A DNA stretch of 64,000 nt from the human T2T-CHM13v2.0 reference genome, Homo sapiens, in NCBI RefSeq assembly GCF_009914755.1, contig NC_060933.1; one strand, 5' to 3'. A model generated the notes under the pieces. It was not told the origin of the DNA. It worked only from the letters and a program-made list of their open reading frames with translations, and made no database searches. Within the stretch, counting starts at the first letter, position 1. Each line of letters begins with the position of its first letter. This document shows, piece after piece, positions 41,172 through 54,600 of the stretch. Both the position numbers and the translations under genes were made by a program.

Positions 41172-41452
41172 TTTTTTTAATTTTTATTTTTTTGAGACAG
41201 AGTCTCGCTCTGTCACCCGGGCTGGAGTGCAGTGGTGCGATCTCGCCTCACTGCAACCTCTGCCTCCCTCCCAGGTTCAAGCAATTCTCTGTCTCAAACG
41301 CCTGCCACCACGCCCAGCTAATTTTTGTATTTTTAGTAGAGATGGGGTTTTACCATCTTGGCCAGGCTGGTCTGGAACTCCTGACCTCATGATCCACCCA
41401 CCTCAGCCTCCCAAAGTGCTGGGATTACAGGCATAAGCCACCATGCCCGGCC
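41172..41452 (-). mobile_element. AluS (Sg-like) with short right-arm deletion
   Basis: Dimeric Alu; the agtagctgggattac block is missing near 41295. Confidence 0.93.
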
Positions 41453-42689
41453 AATGCATGTATTTAATTCACCACTTTAAATCAGAAATGCCTTCCAATC
41501 TATTTCCTCCCCTCTAGTCTCTGAATTGGGTTAGAAGAAGTGGAGAATTATATGAATTATGGCATCTCTATCCCTATACTTCCCCATTAGAAATCAGAAA
41601 TAGGTACAGTAAATTTAGATTAATTTTTTTCTCTGTGTTACATATCGACATGGTCCAATTCTGTTTCTGCTTAACGTAAGATGAGCAGAGATGTATTTAA
41701 ATCTTAGAAAAAGGAATGGAGATTAGGTAATAGCAGAAATCTCCAGACTGTGTGGGATGTTGAAATGTGTTATCAGGGGAATCCGCTGAAGCTTGTGAGT
41801 AGCTGAATTGACACAGAGCTAGGAGCATAAGCTTGGATCTTAACTTGGCTGGCATTGCCTTTGTAAGGCACAACAATTGGTGCAAGAAGAAGCACACTCT
41901 TTTCTTTGTCTGGATTAGGAAATATCTGCAATTTTAAGCAGGTGCAATGCTCTGGTTGATGCATCTTTAGATATTGAAGAGTTGTCCCTGAGATCAAGTC
42001 AGTTACATCCAATTAATGTCTGGGCTTCATTTTTGAGAGTGGAGGATGTAGTGGCTGTCAGACGGGCAGTGCCTTAGAGACAACTGTGGAGGGGAATAAG
42101 GGGCTCTAGCTATGGGTTTGAAAACCACCACATGTAATCCACCTATTAATACTATATCTTCCAATTTCTTGTTGAAAAAGTGGTGTCTGATTACCCTGTT
42201 ACTATTACAGTCCCTAGGTTTACTTGCTCAGCCATTTGTTTTTCTTCTCTGTTATCTCTCATATTAGTTACAACATTAGCTTACCTAGATATTTTGGGGG
42301 TAATTTTTTTCTCTCTTCTGGTGAGAGTGAGGGGGTGTTGGGGTAAGCAGAAAAGCATTCCTCCTCCCCCACCAAGGAGGGGATTTTTATTTTTATTTTT
42401 TTAGGAAAAAAGTGGTTTGCCCCTGTGAAGTTCACCTTAGGTGATGAGATGTTATTGCATATGGTGAATCCAGTGCTGCAGGGAGAAAGCTATCTTTGCC
42501 ATGCATTAAACTGGATTGGATATATGTTTAACTGCAAAGTCAAGCTCGTGAAAATAAAGTTGTCATTTACTAGTTTGCACTGGAAGCTTGGCCACTCCTT
42601 ACCTTTTCTGGGTTTTAAATTTGGAACGATAATGCTGGTATACTGATTATTTATTTGGCAAGGATTTTCCAGTCCCATGTGTTATTCAG

Positions 42690-42900
42690 GAGTAAAGATC
42701 ATGGGCTTTGGGGAGAGATAAACCTGGGTCTAAATGTGTGTGACTTGGATCAAGCAAGTTAATCTTTCTAAATCTCAGCCTTCTTACTTGTAAAATGGGG
42801 ATGATGTGAATGTTCCTCTTAGGGTTGCTGTGAAGATTAAATAAGCAAATATAAGTAAATTGCTCAGCATGTGCCAGTGAGGGACAACTACTGTCATCAC
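42690..42900 (+). mobile_element. MIR SINE
   Basis: caagttaatctttctaaatctcagccttcttacttgtaaaatgggg...agggttgctgtgaagattaaat. Confidence 0.85.
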
Positions 42901-43117
42901 CCTGATTTTCATTGCTGTCATGACTATTCAAAGATACCGAATATCAGAAGGGAGAAGAAGGAGAAAAAGGAATTTCCTAAGTGGCATGGGAGTAAGCTGA
43001 GGCCCGGCCTTTTCTTTAGAATCTAGTTTAAGGACTGTAAACGCCTGATTCTACAGCACAGATCAGCAAATGAATCCTGCTTTATGGAACAGGAACGTAC
43101 ACTAGTTCTCTCTAGAA

Positions 43118-43266
43118 TTTTTGTTTTCTTTTTTTTGAGATCGAGTCTCACTCTGTTACCCAGGCTGGAGTGCAGTGGCGCAATCTTGGCTCAAGGCAAC
43201 CTCCGGCTCTGGGGTTCGAACGATTCTCCTGCCTCAGCCTCCTGAATAGCTGAGATTACAGGTGTC
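43118..43266 (-). mobile_element. AluS right-arm fragment
   Basis: T-tail then gagatcgagtctcactctg...gattacaggtg. Confidence 0.92.
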
Positions 43267-43366
43267 AACCTGGGAGGTGGAGGTTGCTGTGAGCCCAGAT
43301 CGTGCCAATGCACTCCAGCCTGGGTGACAGAGCAAGACTCCATCTCAAGAAAAAAAAAAAAAAAAA
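43267..43366 (+). mobile_element. AluS right-arm 3' fragment, fused head-to-head with the preceding fragment
   Basis: aacctgggaggtggaggttgc...gactccatctc plus A-tail. Confidence 0.92.
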
Positions 43367-45029
43367 GTTATGCAAAATTGACTGGAAAGAATAGCATGTA
43401 GTAAATGAAGCCTTTTTTCTTTCTCCTGTTATTAAATCAAATGCATTTCATAAAGGAGCAGGAGCCTCTTAAATAAATGCAATGAAGCCTCCCGTAAGCA
43501 TTTACTCCAGGGACTAACAAAAATCAATTGGTTACTCAAGGTAGATCTTTAACAAAAGATTGAATCAAAATGACATTGAAAATTACATCTACACCATAAA
43601 GCAGTGTCCCCGTAAGAGGAGTGATCGCTTACCATGCAGCATCCTCAGTGTAGATTCCTTTATCTATTTTAAAGAAGAAGGCTTGATTGAGGAATGCCGC
43701 ATTGAATACGAAGATTTATTCTTTCATCTGTTTACTTATAAATGCTCAGATTCTTTATTTTAAATAACTAAGAGAAAGAAAGAATATTCCCAAGCCTTAT
43801 AAAAACAAGAGTAAGTACAGTCATGCATAATTCTCATGAGACCTCCACCTTGGCTGATACTGCCTAATTAATCTTTACAGCTCATCTGTAAGGAGGATGC
43901 AGTTTAAATGTGTCCCAATCTGTAGATCTAATAACTATGGAGCATAGAAGATAAATTGTGTTTGGCCTGAGTGGCTGGGTTTAGAGGAGTTCTCTACAGT
44001 CACTATAATGAGGCCTATTCTAAGCTTTGCACACAAGGGGACTTTGACTCAGAGCTTTCTGTGTGGGATTCCTGGGAGGCTGTCTAATCAGGGAAAATTT
44101 GTTGGAAATGATCAGGTGGTCCTAGCCATTGGAGGAGTAACACAGTCTGTGCTATGCTTTTGAGACCTGCTTGGACCCAGTCTCTTTTCTAAATTCCAGG
44201 ATCTGGATAGGTTGAAGATGCTGTGCCCAGCAAGGTACATGGTGAAAATTCCTACCAGTGATACTAAAGGAACTAAAACTCTTATGCATCACCAGATGCC
44301 TATGGAGGCGGTTCCCTAAGAGTGAAAGCAGTGTGGCAATGATGATGCTGACATGATGATGGTGACAGTGATGATGATGATTTATTTAATGCTGCTCTGG
44401 TAGGCCCAGAGCCACATGCTCTATTTTCTTTACCTTTAATCTACACAATCTTCTGTGCAGTTGGTACTATTATAACACCAAGTTTATAAAGGAGAAGTAA
44501 AGTCTCTGGCTTTTGTTAGGAAAGAAAAAAGCGGAAAACCAGAGCTTCATAGAGGGAGTCATGCTTTTCTAATGTACGATGTGACAGTTTGCTTTGCAAG
44601 GCTTCTTTGGTTTGTTACAGTTCTGTTCAATTTTTGATTCAAGGATTTCTTTGGGACATGGTATGTAGGTCTTTGACTAGGTACTAAGCATAAAGAAAGG
44701 AAAATAGGCCTAGTGCCTATCCTTAAGAAATTCAGTCTACCTTGGGCTACAAACCCAAATTCTTTCAGGGACAATCATGCTGTGTGACATCGATGAATAT
44801 GACAGTGTGACAGGGCCTGAGTCTGGCCAGAGAATGCATGTCCCACCTAAAGGTGTTCCAATTAAGATAAACAGCAATGGCAACAAAAATCCTTGCCACA
44901 TAAGCAGAACTCCTCTCTGGGATGGGTTAGGCCTGGTCATTATTTTTGTGATTCATGGGCTAGTTATTTCTTTATTCCTTGACCAATAGAATGTTTGTTA
45001 TTTTTCATATTAAAATAAAACACAGTTTC

Positions 45030-45360
45030 TGTACCTCTCTGCTGTGGAAGCTTAGGAGCCAATGGATAGCCATGATCTCCTGCTTTGAGGATACCACTGT
45101 AATGGGAATGGAGCAGGTTCACAGACAGAAACAGACACAAGAGGGAGGGGGTGAAAAAGAGTCCAGATGGCATTCATATCCCTGGCCCCAGTTGTCTCCA
45201 AGGCCCAGTGATACATTTCCTGCAATTTGGTTGTTCAACTATTTATTTAGTTACAAAAAAAGATACTCTAGAATATCTTTCCAAGATCCTTTTCTTTGGC
45301 TAAAGCTAGTTTAACTTCAGTTGCTACCCCTTGAATCTAAAAATGACTTGACTAATTCAC
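45030..45360 (+). mobile_element. MLT1 (K-like) LTR fragment
   Basis: tttggctaaagctagtttaac...ttgaatctaaaaatgacttgactaattca. Confidence 0.5.
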
Positions 45361-45869
45361 AGGGCTGCCTGTGAGGTCAGTAAGGAAGATGAAGGAGGTA
45401 GGGGAGAGTCAAGGATGAGAGGATGGGATCCATCTACAGAGCACATGGCCAGATGGGGCAATTTATAATCATAATCCTAAACATAGAGGCATGAAGTCTT
45501 AGAAACAAACATTGGGGCCAACATTAAAAGACAAAAGATACTATAGGAATAGAGGGGGAAAAAGCGATAGAAAAAATTCAATTCTTATTTGGAAGTGAAG
45601 TCATAATTCATTAACTTTTGCCAGAAAGTTTTTAGAAAATGGATCCCGTTATTCCTCAGTAGGTCAAAGACAGGGACTTTAAATGAGGCTGGGGCTAGTT
45701 TTCAGAAGAATGTGGTACTGGAGGCACTGGGGTAATCCGTAAAGTGGACTCACTTCTTTAGCTTGTCCCCAGAACTTACTCTGGCTTCTTGGGGTTCCAC
45801 TTCCCTCATTGGAAATGGACCGGGGGGGGCTCTACTGTCTTCATCCCAATCAAGACCTTAACTCTAAGT

Positions 45870-46100
45870 GTCTCTTTGCCTTGTTCCTGATCTTAGGTTG
45901 GAAATTTTCAATCTGTCATCATTATGTATGAGGTTAACCATGAATGTTTTGTAGATGCCTTTTATCAGGTTGAGGAAGTTCCCTTCTATTCCTAGTTTAT
46001 TGAGTGTTTTTATCATGAAAGAGTGTTAGATTTTATGAAAAGTCGATCATGTGCTTTTTGTATTTTAATCTATTGATATGATGACTATGTTCATTTGTCT
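45870..46100 (-). mobile_element. Old L1M ORF2 fragment
   Basis: ccttgttcctgatcttagg...caggttgaggaagttcccttctattcctagttt. Confidence 0.8.
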
Positions 46101-46179
46101 ACTGTCTTTAATGTAGCTTCTTGAACACTGAGGACATTTATCTCTGTATACTCAACTCATGTCATCACTTGAGCTCTTT

Positions 46180-46560
46180 GATAGCAGATATTAGGCTAGA
46201 ATTTGGGGCACAAGAGTTTTACTGGGGATCGGCACTTATGGAAGAGGTGGGAGGAAGCAAGATTAGGCAGGGGAAGAAGGTAAACGGTGATATATGTCTG
46301 ACAAAATCTCAGCCAATCTGTCAGGGAGCTCTGGGATAGGAATTTTCCATCAGAGTTGTCCTATGATGGGTCAAAATGATTGGACCTTTTTGCCCATTTT
46401 GCTCAGTAACCAAATGTGGTCTACCCCATGAAGGGTGTGTCCCATAGCCAGGTAGCTGCCTACAGCTGAAGTGACTGTGAAGATGCTTATATCTGGAGGC
46501 TGTCTTCAGTAATCTTCCCCTGAAGGGTGATCTGGGCTATACATTACTATGTCAACCACA
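46180..46560 (-). mobile_element. MLT1 MaLR LTR
   Basis: gaagcaagattaggcagggga, cagccaatctgtcagggagctctgg, end gtcaaccaca. Confidence 0.65.
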
Positions 46561-46856
46561 CCACTGCTCATAGAAATCTGAGACTCTCACCCAACATTTG
46601 TTCTAGTATCAGAGGTTTCAGTCACAGAGTAGAACAGAAGTGTGTAGATAACCTTTATATCCTTGGTCAAAATCTATATACAAAATCTGTATAGTAGGCC
46701 AATAGCCACAAATCCATAAGCAGGTTCCCATACTCCTTCATGGACTTCTTACCAGCACAGAAAACTCTATATCCACAGTGTTCCAAGGCTTTGATGACTA
46801 ATCTAAATATTATCTCATGAGAAGCAGGTCAGCCCCAAATAAAAAAATATTTGAAA

Positions 46857-47173
46857 GTCTGGGAGCAGCAACTCAGGCCTATAATCCTAACACTTTGGGA
46901 GGCCAAGGAGGGTGGATCACTTGAGGTCAGGAGTTTGAGACCAGCCTGGCCAACATGGTGAAACACCATCTCTACTAAAAATACAAGATTTAGCTAGGCA
47001 TGGTGATGTACACTGTAATCCCAGCTACTCAGAAGGCTGAGGCAGGAGAATCACCTGGATCCAGGAGGTAGAGGTTGCAGTGAGCCAAGACTGCGCCACT
47101 GTACTCCAGCCTGGGTGACAGACTGAGTGAGACTCTGTCTCAAAAAAAAAAAAATAAAATAAAAATAAAAAAA
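46857..47173 (+). mobile_element. AluS (Sz-like), full length
   Basis: Dimeric Alu with ggatcacttgaggtcagg; A-rich tail. Confidence 0.93.
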
Positions 47174-48199
47174 ATTGAGATTAGATTTGTATTTTCTATG
47201 ATGACAGATAATTCTTATAAAATCTAAGAAGTGAAGTTTTACTGACACTCTCTTCATTTAAGAAAGGAAATTTTTAATTGAATATGTACTTTAATGTCCC
47301 TGTTTTATGTTTATTTATTCTGCTAGTCTTTTCTCATTGTCATCTTCATTTTTCTACTAAAAGTCTCCATACATGTTATTCAGGAAGCCATAGAAATCAT
47401 GAGAAGAAAAGAACGAGAGATGTAAAAATTATATCTACTTCTACCAAAGAAACGTTTATAAAATGTAGGATAAATACTTGGCTTGCTGTGGGTTTCACTT
47501 TTTATTCACTCTAGCTTTGTTTCTCTAGGTCTCACTTTAGTGGCCCTCTAAAACCAATGTAGACTGGGTTGAATTTACTTGTTCTTTGTTCTCAGAAAAT
47601 GTGGCATAATGAACAGGAAACCACATTTACACTGATGTGAAGTGTCAATACATTTTATGTAAATAAGTCTCTAGGGTCTTACATAGATTATCTGGGAAGT
47701 GGGAAGGGAGAAATTAACCCATTCAGTGTTGCTAATCATTGATCGTAATCTTTTCTAGAAGTGAGAGTGACTATTTGGTATTATTTTATTCAGAATTGTC
47801 TACGTATTGTTTTCTGTGTCAAATGTTTCTTCCACAAATGAAATCACCAATCATTCCTTTAATCTGAAATTTGACTCATTAATAACAGGTGTTAGATGTA
47901 TCTCTGTCTCTCTGATAAATGCCAGCACTAAGCAGAGAGACTGGTACATGGTAGAGAGTTTGTCAACACTGCACGAACAAATGCTTTTAGGCCTTTTCAA
48001 GTACAAATTAGAAGAGGACCCTTACTGATAGTTTGGAATATGAAAAGAAGCATCAAAATTTCCCCTGCCTTCAATTCTACCCTCCTTATCCTCATGGAAA
48101 TGACTAGTTGAATTTAGATATTGCAGGGAACATCAAGGAATTTCTGATAAAACGGTGCAGGTATGTCCAGATGGAAAGTGACTTTGAGGACCAATAAAG

Positions 48200-48360
48200 A
48201 ATTTGTGGTAAGAGTACAGAAAATCTACTCTCAGCAAATTTCCAATATGTGCAATGATGGTTGTTCATTTACCTGATGGCAGTAATCACTTCGGTATGTA
48301 TATTAAAACGTCATGATGTACACCTTAAATGTATAAAATTAAAAATAAAATAATTATTGA
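48200..48360 (+). mobile_element. L1MA 3' UTR fragment
   Basis: aaaatctactctcagcaaattt; catgatgtacaccttaaatgtata. Confidence 0.6.
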
Positions 48361-49069
48361 AAAAAAGTAATTCTAATATAAAAATATTTATTTGCTTATG
48401 AAACGACTGTCTCCTCTCTATTTATAGAAGTCAGATAGGCCATATAGTAGGCAAATGAAATTGCCAGATGAATAGCATAGAAGTTGAAAATAAATAGTCT
48501 CACTTTGTGTTTCCTTTCTTTTAAAAAAAATAAAACGCAGAGTTTGGTTCTGTAATATTGAGCAACTGTTGATTTTCATGATAGCTATATCAGAACATCT
48601 TAAGTAATCAGCAATAAAATTTTCCATTGTTGAGCTCTATATGAGCAAAAAGACATTTTTTTATTGCTCTCACCCTGTAAAATGCTTTGAGGAAATTACA
48701 GCAAGATTACAATGAGAAATGGTTGGCAATGATATTTCAGCTGTCATTTATCTTATAGTAATCACTTTTAACCTGCTTAGCCTTTTATTATTCCATGTCT
48801 AAAAATCTCCTTTATAATGAAATTACAACATTAAATGGAAAGTAACAACACAAACACAAAAGAGCTACTCATATTTGCTGTGCTGCATCATTACTGATCC
48901 TGGAATGTTAGTACTCAGCTGATGAAACAAATATCTTGACACCTTACAACAATTATAAATCATGAACATTTAAAACTCACAGGGATTACCTTTCCTGGTG
49001 AGTTGTCATGGATCTCTGATTCCTGATAAGCTAATTCTAGGAGACTGGCGTATAATAGTGGGTAACTTT

Positions 49070-49245
49070 TATTAACTATGTAGTATTTGGCAGGCATTAT
49101 GCTAATATGTGTTAAATCAGTTTTATCATTCAATCCTCACAACAGCCAAATGAGAAAGTTCTTATTCTCATTTTACAGATTATTAAATAGATGTTCAAAA
49201 AGTTAAGGGACTTGCCCAGGAATACATAGTAAGTAATAAAGCTAG
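49070..49245 (-). mobile_element. MIR SINE
   Basis: aatcctcacaacagcc...cattttacagat...gacttgcccagg. Confidence 0.75.
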
Positions 49246-49248
49246 AAT

Positions 49249-49249
<1 letters not shown>

Positions 49250-49292
<43 letters not shown>
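49250..49292. repeat. (TAGA)10 tetranucleotide STR
   Basis: Directly counted. Confidence 0.97.
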
Positions 49293-49835
49293 TAGTTAAT
49301 TGTTGTTAACCAAACACATTGTTATTGTAACTAGTTTAATTAAATATATTTTGAAAAATACTATTAGTATTCTCATGATTATATTCACTGTAGAAAAATC
49401 AGAAAACAAGAAAAGTGTTAAGATGAAGATAGAAATCGCCCACGCTTTCCTTTAATGCTTGTCATTGTTTAGATATACACGTGAAGTACAAAGTTGGAAT
49501 AATATCGGACCAAATGTAACCTGCTTTTCCATGTAAAAATGTAGTATGAACATTTGTTCATATCATTAGTTTTCTTCTAAAATGGTATTTTAATAGTGTT
49601 TAACACATGATATTTCACCTTATAAATACATGGTTTAGTCAGCCAACTTCTTATTTTCATTTTGATTTGTTTTTCTAATTTTTCATCATTATAAACTTAT
49701 CACAGTGAACCTTCCTGTTTAAGAGTCTCTTGTTATTTTTAATTATTATAAATTAATTGAGATTGAGTCAAAATTACTGCTTTAGAAGCATTTGATACAT
49801 ATTTCTAAACTGTCCTGGGGCAGATTTTTGCAAGA

Positions 49836-50278
49836 TGTATTAGTTGTCCAGGGCTGCAGTAACAAAATACCACAAACTTGGTGGATTAGTACAGCAAAAA
49901 TTTATTGTCTCACAGACTGGAGGCTTGGAGTCTGAGAACAAGGTGTTGGCTGGTCTGTGCTCCCTCTGAAACCTGTAGGGGAAGGATCATCTCTTGCTTT
50001 TTCCAGCTTCTGGGAGCCCCAGACATATTCCTTGGTTTGTGGCAGCATGACTCCAATCTTCACACAGCATATTCTCCCTGTGTCTCTTCACACTTTCTGC
50101 CCTCTGTGTCTGTATTCAAATTTCCTTTTTATATAACGACATGAGCCCTAGTAGATTAGAACCTCTTAACTTGGATAAATCTGCAAAGACCCCGTTTCCA
50201 AACAAGGTCACATTCTGAGGTATAGGGGGTTGTGACTTCAGTGTATCTTTTTGGGGGGACATAATTCAACACATATCA
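49836..50278 (-). mobile_element. MLT1C-like MaLR solo LTR
   Basis: tgtattagtt...ccacaaacttggtgg...ccaaacaaggtcacattctgaggta...attcaacacatatca. Confidence 0.85.
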
Positions 50279-50596
50279 CCAAGTATACAATCTTTATCAA
50301 TGTATAAGAGTCCTTATTTCCCTGAAATTTCACCAGGACTGCATAAAATTTAATAAATAAAAAAGATTTCATGTTTGCTGATTTAAAGATGAAAAACTGT
50401 GTGCACACACATGCAGGTGTTGTTTGATTTCTATTGAAATTGTGCATTTTCTTATGGATGATTATGCTTTCCCTCAATCCACCCTTGACCCACCCCAGTC
50501 TGGCTTCCAGAGTGCCAGTAGCCTCCTTCCACCTGAGTTCAGTGTTCACGTCTCCGTTTTTTAACTGCTATAACCTCTTCAATAGTAATGCATTCT

Positions 50597-50722
50597 GAAC
50601 CTGGGAGGCGGAGTTTGCAGTGAGCCGAGATCGTGCCACTGCTCTCCAGCCTGGACGACAGAGCAAGACTCTGTCTCAAAACAAACAAACAAACAAACAA
50701 ACAAACAAACAAACAAACAAAC
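50597..50722 (+). mobile_element. 5'-truncated Alu (about 80 bp) with (AAAC)n tail
   Basis: Alu 3' end; TSD agtaatgcatt at 50584-50594 and 50723-50733. Confidence 0.92.
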
Positions 50723-51234
50723 AGTAATGCATTATTGGGACCCACCTTTCCTTCTTGAAACATATTTTAAGTTTGCCTTGCATGGCTGTGCCTTTCTGGT
50801 TTTCTTCCTTTCTTCTTGGCTGCTCCTTTTCAACTTCATGTGCTTCTTTTTTTTTCCCCATCCTCTAAATTCCACTGTTCTTCATGGTTGTGTGCTAGGT
50901 CCCTTCCTATCCTCCTTCCCTCCCTTTCTTTTCCCCTCCTCCCTTTTCTTCTTCCCCCCTCCACTGTTCCTCTGCTTGGTAGCCTAAATTACCACATATG
51001 TTAATCAATCTCAAATCTGCATCTCTAATCTAGAGTTATTTTCTGATCTTCAGACCCATGCATGTACCTGACATCAGTATTGCAGAACTCCAAATTCAAT
51101 GTGTTTAGAAGTGAATCAACACCTTTCTCCTTAACCTGTTTCTCCCCTCCTATGTTTCCTTACAGAAACACCATCTCATATAGTTGCCCAGGACAGAATC
51201 TTGGTATCATCCTCAATCCCTCCTCTCTCTCACT

Positions 51235-51728
51235 GTGTTAATTTTTTATTGCTGCTCTAACAAATTGTCGCAGAATTAGTGATTTAAATGTACAACTTTA
51301 GTATCTTACATTTCTGGAGGTCAGTAGTTCACAATGACCCTCACTGAGCCAAAGTCAAGATGTTGGCAGGGCGGCATGTCTTCTGGAGGCTCTGGGGGAG
51401 AATCTGTTTTCTTGCTTTTCCTAGTGTTCCTTGGGTCATAGCTGCCTTCCTTCATCTTCAAACCCAGCAAGTTCAGCCTAAGTCCTTCTTACACTGCCAA
51501 TTCCTCTGGCTCTCTCTTTTGTCTTCCTCTTCCACCCTTAAGGCTCCTTGTGGTCACATTGGGCCTACCATGATAATGTAGGATAATCTCTATATTTAAG
51601 GTCATCTGGTTAGCAACCTAATTCCATCTGCAACCTTAATCCCCCTTTTCTGTATAACCTAGTATATTCATAGATTCTGGGGATTCGTCCAGGGACATCT
51701 TTGGGTAGTTATTATTCTGCCTACCATA
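51235..51728 (-). mobile_element. MLT1D-like MaLR solo LTR
   Basis: ctggaggctctgggggagaatctg...gcaacctaattccatctgcaaccttaat...ttattctgcctacca. Confidence 0.85.
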
Positions 51729-52694
51729 CCTTTCTTAGCTAATTAGCTACTCCATCTAAAGGCTTTTATCTCTTAAATATATCTCAACCATTCCAGTTTC
51801 CTTTTCCTTTCTTGTCTTGACTTGCAATTCGGATCTCATCAACTCTCACTTGAATTGTGCAGATAATCTCCTAACTGGCCTCCCAGCTTTTGGCTTTCTC
51901 CTTGCCAAGGCATTCGAAACGCCTCCTTCCCTCTGCACTTCTTAACGTGAAGCATGGGTCCCCTCTTGATGTATCCATTGCTTACATCCCCAGCTGCTTC
52001 TCTTGACACTCTCTCCTTGCACCCTTTATTTCAGCTGCTTCTGAACTTCATCTTCCTCCAGCACAACATGCTCTCTCTCACCTCTGGGCCCGTACACCTG
52101 TTCCTTCAAAGTAGAACACATTGTGTTTCTATCTTTGTCTTGCTAAAGTCTACTTCTCTTTCAGGTGTCATTTTAAATGTCACTTTCTTTAGGAAGCCTC
52201 TGCTGATCCCCGTCCTCCAAATTGTTATATGTCCCTACTTCCCTATTTCAGAACCTATTAATTTTGTGATTTATTGTTGTTGTTGTTTATTTAACTATCT
52301 CTCTGCTCTTCTTGACTCTAAGTTTCATCAGGACCAGGAGGGAGTCATATCTGTCCAGTTTATCACTCCTAGTATATTTTTAGTGCCTAACTGGTATTTG
52401 ACATAGTAATTTCTCAACATAAATTTGGTGAATAAGGGTATCACCATAGTTTAAATCCTTATTAAATAAAATGGGTGCCCAGTCCAGCCTTGCCTACCTC
52501 TTGAGCCTCATCCTACCTCTCTGTGCCCCATGCACACTGGCCTTTCAGCATTTCCAGGGGCCCTTACTCCCTCGTGCTGCAGGAACATTGCACCCTGCGT
52601 CCTGTCTCTGAAGTGAATTCCCATGTCCATGCTTATCCTCCAGATCTCGGCTCAGGGCTCACCTCTTCAGGGAAATCTTCCTTGACTTCCATCT

Positions 52695-53064
52695 TATTAC
52701 GGACTAATTGTTTGTGTCCCCTCAAAATCCATCTATTGGAACCCTGATTCTCGCTGTGATGGTATTAGGAGGTGGGATCTTTGAAAGGGAATTACGGTTA
52801 GATGAGGTCACGAGGCGAGGGTCCCCATGATGGGATTAGTGTCCTTATAAGAAGAGGAAAAGACTGGAGCTTACTCTTCCTCTCTTCTTTGTGAAGACAC
52901 AGTGAGAAAATGACCATCTGCAAACCAGGAAGAGGGCCCTCACCAGACACCAAATCTAATAGCACTGTGGTCTAGGACTTTCCAGCTTCCAGAGAAATAA
53001 ATGTTGTTTAAGCTACTGCTACCGAGCCTATGGTCTTTTATTATGGCAGCTTGAGCTTTAGACA
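52695..53064 (+). mobile_element. MLT1A-like MaLR solo LTR
   Basis: gtgtcccctcaaaat...gggattagtgtccttataagaagag...gccctcaccagacacc...agaca. Confidence 0.85.
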
Positions 53065-53929
53065 TACTCTCACTACTTTCTAAGGAAGGAAGGAGAGAGG
53101 CAAGTCACCAGCTTTGAGTCATTTTCAAATTTGATAAGAATAACAATAGCACTTTCATCTAAATTATAGACTAAAAGCTTGAACAGGATTGAGCCAAATA
53201 CAGAAACCTGGGAATGCTGAAACTTCCCTCCAAGTTAATACTAATCCATTAATCAACACTCTCAGTTATTAATAGGCTGCCACCAAGCCCATGTAGAAAA
53301 TATGAACGATAAAGTAATCACTGGGGAATCTTGAAAGCTAGATTTAATATTTCAGAAAAATTCATTCATTAATTTATTCACTCAATTGAGTGCCCACTTA
53401 ATATGTAGCCCTGACATTTTTAACTGAATATTTTGGTCATGGGAGCTATAACAGAGCTTAGAAACTTCAGAATGTCAGCCTTCTGCCTATTCAGAAGTCA
53501 TGTAATTAGTTCCTTGTCTGTTTTGATGCATCTAGCAAACATGCCACAACCATGGACCAATTTTGCATTCAACCCTATGTTCTTCTACTTTAACTTTAAA
53601 ATTTTCATCCATCTACTCAACTGACATGTAAGTGCATCACTACTACATAGCAGCCACTTCCATCTTCTTTGCTTAAATGAAATGGAGATTGTGACTACCT
53701 CTTTTCACTAGATCAGCCTTGGGGCTTTATCATCCCAGAAGTAGTCAAGGCCCAGAATGCATGATGACCAGGAATCTGTGAATCATTGCCAGCATTCCTG
53801 GATTACTCACCAAAGGAGCAGACCATTGTTTCCAGCTCCAATGCAACATTTGATTTGTAACTTGCAGTTTTTCTGAAAGTGTGATAGGATACATGTTCTC
53901 TCTCCCAACCCCTTGTTCATGTGATCATC

Positions 53930-54600
53930 AAATCCCATAATTTTTACCTCTTACCTCCCATCTGCAGCTCTCCTGCTCCTCCTTTATCCAGGGCATCATC
54001 ATCATCCATCTGAATTGCAGCCAGAATATTCTAGTAAGCTCCCTTCTTCCTGCCTTGCCACTCTCCGGATATTCTTCATATGGTAGCCAGAGTGATATTT
54101 CTAAAAGACAAATCAACTCAAGCCATTCTCTTTCTTAAAGACCTTCAGTGGCTCCCTATTACCCATGGGCTTATGTCTAATCTCCTATCAAGACACTTAA
54201 GGCCTTTGCTATCTGGTTCTAACCTTCCTCTATAGCTCGCATTTTTTCTATTCTCTGTATAGTATCTTTGGCTCCTTTCATTTCCCTGATTGTATTACCC
54301 TCCTGTGCCTTTGCAGTTGCTAGTGTTCTTTTGCAACATCCTACTTTCTCTGTCTTGCTGAATACACAGGAATGCAGAATGCACTCAAACACGCCAGAGA
54401 AGCTCTCTGGAGCACACCCACCTCACCAAACCCATGCATAATTAGGCATTCTTTCCTTTATATTTTTATGTTTATAAAAATCAGATTAGATTAATAGATT
54501 ATTGATCCCTTGAGCTTAGGACTGTTTTATTTTCCTATATCCCTCAAAACTAAAACATGCAGCTATACATTATATAGTTGTTGAATTAATTCATAAATAC
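53930..54600 (+). mobile_element. L2 LINE fragment
   Basis: gtagccagagtgatatttctaaaa...ccttcagtggctccc...gtgcctttgca. Confidence 0.7.

Larger units (their letters stand above)
50470..52430 (+). mobile_element. L2 LINE interrupted by an Alu fragment and an MLT1D LTR
   Basis: ccttcttgaaaca, tcaaatctgcatctcta, ctcctaactggcctccc, end gtgcctaac...catagta. Confidence 0.75.

Noticed and set aside
51954-52406. 150-aa hydrophobic ORF
   Set aside because: Lies within a pyrimidine-rich L2 remnant
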